DNA of 64,000 bases, from positions 740,973 to 804,972 of the forward strand of contig CAVXTH010000006.1 in NCBI GenBank assembly GCA_963764625.1, read 5' to 3'. Below are positions 58,964 to 64,000 of the stretch, in pieces. A program made the translations under genes and the position numbers. The stretch's first letter is position 1, and every line of letters begins with the position of its first letter. Below the pieces are notes generated by a model. It did no database searches and had not been told where the DNA came from. It was given only the letters and a program-made list of their open reading frames with translations. Origin of the DNA: Candidatus Krumholzibacteriota bacterium. Lineage in GTDB: Bacteria > Krumholzibacteriota > Krumholzibacteriia > JAJRXK01.

Positions 58964-59913
58964 TTCTCTTCCTTCTCCTCTCCCGCGCGCGGGTGCGCCT
59001 GTTGATAGACTTCCTTCAGTCGCGCCGAAGAAACATGCGTATAGATCTGTGTGGTGGAAAGGCTCGCATGACCCAGCAGCTCCTGCACTCCGCGCAACTC
59101 CGCGCCCCGGTCCAAAAGGTGAGTCGCGAACGCGTGCCGAAGATCGTGCGGCGAAAGTCCCGTTCCCAAAGCTGCCGCGCGCATCGTGCGCGCCAGCATC
59201 GCCTGCACCGTGCGCCGCGCGATGCGATGCCCTGCCCGTCCCAAGAAAACAGGCACGACGCGATCTTCCCTACCCAACGATCCCTGCTCTAAAGCATGAA
59301 AGACCTCGCTCGGCAAGCGGCGGGAAAGATAGTCCTGAAGCCGGTACTTCGCCTCACCGACCAGGGGAACGATGCGCTCCTTGGCCCCCTTTCCGGTGAC
59401 CCGCATCGACTCGGCCGGCAGATCGATCTGCGCGAGAGAAAGCGCGACCAATTCGCTCAGGCGCAGACCACAGCCGTAGAGCACTTCCAGGATGGCGCGG
59501 TCGCGGCGCCCGCGTTCCGTACTCGAGTCCGGGCCCTCCAGCAACAGACTCACGAGCTCTTGCGAAGGAACTCGGGGCAAACGCCGGCTGAGACGCGGCG
59601 ACCCCAGCCTCCGGCTGGGCCGATCCGCCCGCAAGCCCCGGCCCTCGAGGAAAGCGAAGAACCCGCGCAGGGCGGAGAGCCGGCGGGCGAGGCTGCGCGA
59701 GCTGACGCCGCGGTCCCGCTCATAGCTCAACCAAGTTCTGAGCTGATCGGTGGAAATCTCCAGCCAGTTCGTCTCTTGCGAGCTTCGCTCCCGGAGAGCT
59801 CGTCGGACGGACTCCAGATCGCGCGCGTAGGCCTCCAGGGTCCGCGGAGAGAGCCCGCGGATCGCCCGAAGGTGGTCGATCCAGGCCTGCTCGTGTTCGT
59901 CCAACGGGGTCAT
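58960..59913 (-). CDS. xerC: site-specific tyrosine recombinase XerC
   Basis: ATG 59913. [38 protein letters not shown]. The conserved xerC-hslV-hslU order is present. Confidence 0.85.
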   Translation of the reverse strand: MTPLDEHEQAWIDHLRAIRGLSPRTLEAYARDLESVRRALRERSSQETNWLEISTDQLRTWLSYERDRGVSSRSLARRLSALRGFFAFLEGRGLRADRPSRRLGSPRLSRRLPRVPSQELVSLLLEGPDSSTERGRRDRAILEVLYGCGLRLSELVALSLAQIDLPAESMRVTGKGAKERIVPLVGEAKYRLQDYLSRRLPSEVFHALEQGSLGREDRVVPVFLGRAGHRIARRTVQAMLARTMRAAALGTGLSPHDLRHAFATHLLDRGAELRGVQELLGHASLSTTQIYTHVSSARLKEVYQQAHPRAGEEKEEK

Positions 59914-59956
59914 GACGCCAGCAGTGTAGCAGCCCTTGCGCGACTGCGCTCTCCTC

Positions 59957-61285
59957 TCAGCCAAAGAGCGGCGAGAATTCCTCGCGCCATTTCCGCATGG
60001 AGCGAAGCGCTCGCTCTCCCAAAGCCTGTTTGCGCTCCTGCTTGCCCTGCGGCGGAGCGTCCAGGGGGGGCAGGAGTCCGAAGTTCACATTCATGGGACT
60101 CAGGCGGCGACCCGCGTCGTGGCGCAGATAGGCCAGCAGGCCGCCCAGCATCGTCTCGCGCGGCGGCGGCGAAAAGGACAGCCCCAACTCCGCGGCGTGG
60201 ACCGCGAGCGCTGCAATCAACCCCGTCGCGACGCTCTCCACGTATCCCTCGCAGCCGGTCATCTGCCCGGCCAGGTGCAATCCCTCGTGCCCTTTGAGCT
60301 GCAGCGTCGCGTCGAGATGCTTGGGACTGTTCAGGAAGGTGTTGCGGTGGAGGCTTCCCAGCCGCGCGAACTCGGCGTGCTCGAGTCCTGGAATCATGGA
60401 GAAGATGCGACGCTGCTCGGGATACTTGAGTTGGGTCTGGAAGCCCACCAATCCGAAGAGCGTCCCGTCGAGAGTCTCCTGTCGCAACTGAACCACGGCC
60501 CAGGGACGCCGGCCGGTGCGCGGGTCCAGGAGGCCCACCGGTCGCATGGGTCCGAAGCGCAGACTCTCACGCCCGCCATCGGCGATCGCCTCGATCGGCA
60601 TGCACCCGGCGAAGTAGGCCGCCTTCTCGAAATCCTTCGGCTGCACGCGTTCGCCGCGCAGAAGCTCATCCACGAAGCGCTCGTACTGCTCCTTGTCGAG
60701 CGGGCAGTTCAGATAGTCCGCGTCCCCCTTCTCGTAGCGCGCCGCTTTGAACACGATGTTCTGATCGACCGACTCCAACAGCAACGAAGGGGCGATGGCA
60801 TCGTAGAAGTAGAGCGACTCCTCACCCACCAGCTCCTGCAGGTCCGTCTGTAGGGCTTTCGAAGTCAAAGGACCGGTAGCGAGGATGCACGGTCGCTCGC
60901 GAGGCACGCGGCTCGCCTCTTCCCGGATCACTTCGACGAGGGGGTTCCTGAGGAGGGCGCCGGTCACTGCGGCAGAGAAGCGTTCGCGATCCAGGGCCAA
61001 AGCGGCCCCGGCCGGCACGCGCGCCTGCCGCGCGAAGCCCAACAGACGGCATCCCAGAGCGTCCAACTCGAGCTTCAGGACTCCGGCCGCGGTATCGCTT
61101 CGTTCGCTCTTGAAGGAATTCGAGCACACGATCTCGGCGAGATCCGCGCTCTTGTGCGCCTCGGTGGAGCGGGTCGGCCTCATTTCGATGAGCCGAACCG
61201 GATGGCCTCTCTCCGCGAGCTGGAACGCGGCCTCGGATCCGGCCAGGCCACCCCCGACCAGCGTCACGGGCTCTCGTTTCAGCAT
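59957..61285 (-). CDS. trmFO: methylenetetrahydrofolate--tRNA-(uracil-5-)-methyltransferase TrmFO
   Basis: VTLVGGGLAGSEAAFQLA FAD motif, IVCSNSFKS, GQMTGCEGYVES. Confidence 0.9.
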   Translation of the reverse strand: MLKREPVTLVGGGLAGSEAAFQLAERGHPVRLIEMRPTRSTEAHKSADLAEIVCSNSFKSERSDTAAGVLKLELDALGCRLLGFARQARVPAGAALALDRERFSAAVTGALLRNPLVEVIREEASRVPRERPCILATGPLTSKALQTDLQELVGEESLYFYDAIAPSLLLESVDQNIVFKAARYEKGDADYLNCPLDKEQYERFVDELLRGERVQPKDFEKAAYFAGCMPIEAIADGGRESLRFGPMRPVGLLDPRTGRRPWAVVQLRQETLDGTLFGLVGFQTQLKYPEQRRIFSMIPGLEHAEFARLGSLHRNTFLNSPKHLDATLQLKGHEGLHLAGQMTGCEGYVESVATGLIAALAVHAAELGLSFSPPPRETMLGGLLAYLRHDAGRRLSPMNVNFGLLPPLDAPPQGKQERKQALGERALRSMRKWREEFSPLFG

Positions 61286-61289
61286 GGCG

Positions 61290-64000
61290 TCAGGTTTTTC
61301 GTCCGTGGCATTTCTTGAACTTCTTGCCGCTTCCGCAGGGACAGGGGTCGTTCCGTCCCACTTTGGGCTGGTCTCGCACCACCGGCGCCGGTGCTCTCGG
61401 CGGCCCCCCCTCGGGATTGAGGGTGCCGATCGCGCTCGCCGTCTGCCCTCCTCGGGCCTCGGCCGAGCCGTAGGCGCTGGCCTGCGCCTTCTGGGCCGTA
61501 CCCCCCGACAGCGCCGCCGTCGCTTCGGGCGGAGTCTGGACCAGTTCGAAGCGGAAGAAGCGCGTGACCGCCTCGCTGCGGATTCGCTCCATCATGAGCT
61601 GGAAGAGCTCGAAACTCTCCCCCTTGTATTCCAACAGAGGGTCCTTTTGACCGTAGGCTCTCAGCCCGATGCCGCTGCGCAGGGTGTCCAGCTCGTGCAG
61701 GTGGTCCTTCCACATCTCGTCGATGGTTCGCAGCGTTACGTGCTGTTCGAGCTGCTTGGCGATGGGCGGGCTCAGACGCTCCACTTTCGCCCGGTAGGCG
61801 CGGGTCGCCGCGTCGAGGAGGCTCTCACGCAGGCTCTCCTGCCCGATCGACTCGCGCGCCTCCTCGGGTACCGGAAGAGGAACCAGGAAGGTGGTGCTCA
61901 TGTCTAGGCCGAGCCCAGCCCAATCCCAGTACTCAGGGGGATCCTTGGGCGAAGTGCGCGCGTCCAGCATCTGATCGATGGTGTCCTCGATGAGATCGAG
62001 CGTCGACTCGCGCCCTTCCTCGGTCACCAGGAGGCTCCGCCGCCAATCGTAGATGACCTCGCGCTGTTTGTTCATCACGTCGTCGTAGTCCAAAAGGCGC
62101 TTGCGAATACTGAAGTTCTGTTGCTCGACCCGGATCTGCGCCTTCTCGATGGCCTTGGTCACCAGCCCGTGCGTGATGACCTCCCCTTCCTGCAGGCCCA
62201 TGCGATCCATGACTTTCGAGACTCGATCGGACGCGAAAAGACGCATCAGATCGTCCTCGAGCGAGAGATAGAACAGGCTCGCTCCCGGATCGCCCTGACG
62301 CCCGGCCCGACCGCGAAGCTGACGATCGATCCGCCGGCTCTCGTGGCGCTCGCTTCCGATGATCCACAGTCCCGCCGGGCGGCCGTTGCGTTCGCCGCTC
62401 TCGCTCTTCACACCTTCGCCCAGCTTGATGTCGGTTCCGCGCCCGGCCATGTTCGTGGCAATGGTCACCGAACCCCATTGCCCGGCCTCCTCCACGATCT
62501 CGGCTTCGCGCTTGTGGTGCTTTGCGTTGAGCACGTTGTGCCGGATCCCCTTTCGCTTGAAGAGTCGCGACAGGGTCTCGCTCACTTCCACCGTGGTCGT
62601 TCCCACCAGCACCGGCAAACCCATCTCGTTGAGAGTCGCCACTTCCTCCACGATCGCGTTGTACTTCTCGCGCTTGGTGCGATAGATCTGGTCGTTGTAG
62701 TCATCGCGGGCAATGGGCTTGTTGGTGGGAATGACCACCACGTCGAGTTCGTAGATCTCGTGGAACTCCGCCGCCTCGGTTTCTGCGGTTCCCGTCATCC
62801 CGGCCAACTTGTCGTACATGCGGAAGAAATTTTGCAAGGTGATCGTCGCGTAGGTCTGCGTCTCGGCTTCGATCTTCACGCCCTCTTTGGCTTCCAGGGC
62901 GGAATGGAGTCCCTCGCTGAAGCGGCGCCCGGGCATGATGCGACCGGTAAACTCATCCACGATCATGATCTTGCCGTCTTGAATGACGTACTCGTCGTCC
63001 TTGCTGAAGAGCGCATACGCCTTCAGGAGTTGCTGGACGTTGTGAATTCCCTCGTTGCGTTCTCCGTAGACGAGGTGAACCGCCTCAATCTTCTGCGCCT
63101 TCTCCTTGTCGCCCAGAGTCGGGTCCTTCTCAATCTCGCCCAGCTCCACCGAGAGGTCGGGCAGGATGAAGAACTCGGGGTCTCTCATGCCGAACTCGCG
63201 GCGGCCCTTCTCGGTGAGGTCGACGGTGTTCTCCTTTTCCTGGATCACGTAGAAGAGCTCCTCGTCGGCCTCCCACATGTTCTTGTCGCGCAGATAATCG
63301 GATTCCACCCGGCGGATGATGTCCTGGATTCCGGCTTCCTTGCGCAGCTTCATGAAGCGCGGCAACTTCGCGCCCCCACGGCTCACACGGAGTAGTTTCA
63401 GCCCGGTCTCGCGATCGACCTCCTCCCCGCTGCGAATGACCTTCTCCGCCTCGGCCAGATAGGTGTTGAGCAAGCGGGTCTGCTTGTGCACCAGGTTCTC
63501 GACCATGGGCTTGAGCTCGCCAAAGCGGTGCGTGCTCTCTCCCACCGGACCGCTGATGATGAGCGGGGTGCGCGCCTCGTCGATCAAACACGAGTCGACC
63601 TCATCCACGATGACGTAATGGAAGTCTCGCTGGACGAGATCTTCGCGCCGCACCGCCATGTTGTCCCTGAGGTAATCGAAGCCGAATTCGTTGTTGGTTC
63701 CGTAGGTGATGTCACAGTTGTAGGCCGCCCGTCGTTGGACGGGGCTCATCTCGTTGCGAATGAAGCCCACCGTGAGACCCAAGAAGCGGTAGATGCCTCC
63801 CATCCACTCCGCGTCGCGCTGGGCCAGGTAGTCGTTCACGGTGACCAGATGGGCACCCTTCCCCGCCAGCGCGTTGAGGTAGAGAGGAAACACCGCGACC
63901 AGGGTCTTTCCCTCTCCGGTCGCCATCTCGGCGATGATGCCCCGGTGCAGCACCATGCCACCCAGAATCTGGACGTCGTAGGGGATCATGTCCCAGGCGG
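61290..64000 (-). CDS. secA: preprotein translocase ATPase SecA (5' end beyond window)
   Basis: [12 protein letters not shown] Walker A, DEAD-like VDEVDS. C-terminal zinc motif [14 protein letters not shown]. The frame stays open to the window edge. Confidence 0.95.
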   Translation of the reverse strand, partial: AWDMIPYDVQILGGMVLHRGIIAEMATGEGKTLVAVFPLYLNALAGKGAHLVTVNDYLAQRDAEWMGGIYRFLGLTVGFIRNEMSPVQRRAAYNCDITYGTNNEFGFDYLRDNMAVRREDLVQRDFHYVIVDEVDSCLIDEARTPLIISGPVGESTHRFGELKPMVENLVHKQTRLLNTYLAEAEKVIRSGEEVDRETGLKLLRVSRGGAKLPRFMKLRKEAGIQDIIRRVESDYLRDKNMWEADEELFYVIQEKENTVDLTEKGRREFGMRDPEFFILPDLSVELGEIEKDPTLGDKEKAQKIEAVHLVYGERNEGIHNVQQLLKAYALFSKDDEYVIQDGKIMIVDEFTGRIMPGRRFSEGLHSALEAKEGVKIEAETQTYATITLQNFFRMYDKLAGMTGTAETEAAEFHEIYELDVVVIPTNKPIARDDYNDQIYRTKREKYNAIVEEVATLNEMGLPVLVGTTTVEVSETLSRLFKRKGIRHNVLNAKHHKREAEIVEEAGQWGSVTIATNMAGRGTDIKLGEGVKSESGERNGRPAGLWIIGSERHESRRIDRQLRGRAGRQGDPGASLFYLSLEDDLMRLFASDRVSKVMDRMGLQEGEVITHGLVTKAIEKAQIRVEQQNFSIRKRLLDYDDVMNKQREVIYDWRRSLLVTEEGRESTLDLIEDTIDQMLDARTSPKDPPEYWDWAGLGLDMSTTFLVPLPVPEEARESIGQESLRESLLDAATRAYRAKVERLSPPIAKQLEQHVTLRTIDEMWKDHLHELDTLRSGIGLRAYGQKDPLLEYKGESFELFQLMMERIRSEAVTRFFRFELVQTPPEATAALSGGTAQKAQASAYGSAEARGGQTASAIGTLNPEGGPPRAPAPVVRDQPKVGRNDPCPCGSGKKFKKCHGRKT

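Overview
High-GC bacterial chromosomal window, Gram-negative type (LptE, LapA/LapB and outer-membrane genes present). Two parts are visible. (1) Positions ~1-16,000 hold an accessory exopolysaccharide locus of the PEP-CTERM/exosortase type. It encodes a PEP-CTERM substrate, a Wza-like exporter, a split Wzz/BY-kinase pair and an outer-membrane barrel. It also has an exosortase-EpsI-unknown membrane protein-TPR lipoprotein module whose genes overlap at their start/stop codons, a priming sugar transferase, and a sensor kinase with a sigma-54-dependent response regulator. lptE, holA and trxA follow. (2) Positions ~18,200-64,000 are an almost unbroken minus-strand run of housekeeping genes: apt, surE-pcm, gpsA-plsY-der, miaA-mutL, mutS, lapAB, miaB, mtaB, rpsA, a cmk-plsC fusion, aroA, hisC, scpAB, xerD, uvrC, dapF, argF, hslUV, xerC, trmFO and partial secA, plus four tRNAs. 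The two blocks converge on a short AT-rich gap at ~18.0-18.2 kb. That gap contains a 28-bp sequence matching the XerC/XerD dif site, so the window probably spans the replication terminus. Other observations are two likely frameshift-split genes, a cmk-plsC fusion and an unusually tight tRNA-modification/envelope/mismatch-repair operon. I saw no CRISPR array, transposase, phage genes or recognisable defence system. The least-characterised content is the set of unassigned proteins embedded in the exosortase locus. All calls rest on reading the supplied translations and sequence by eye; no database search was run.
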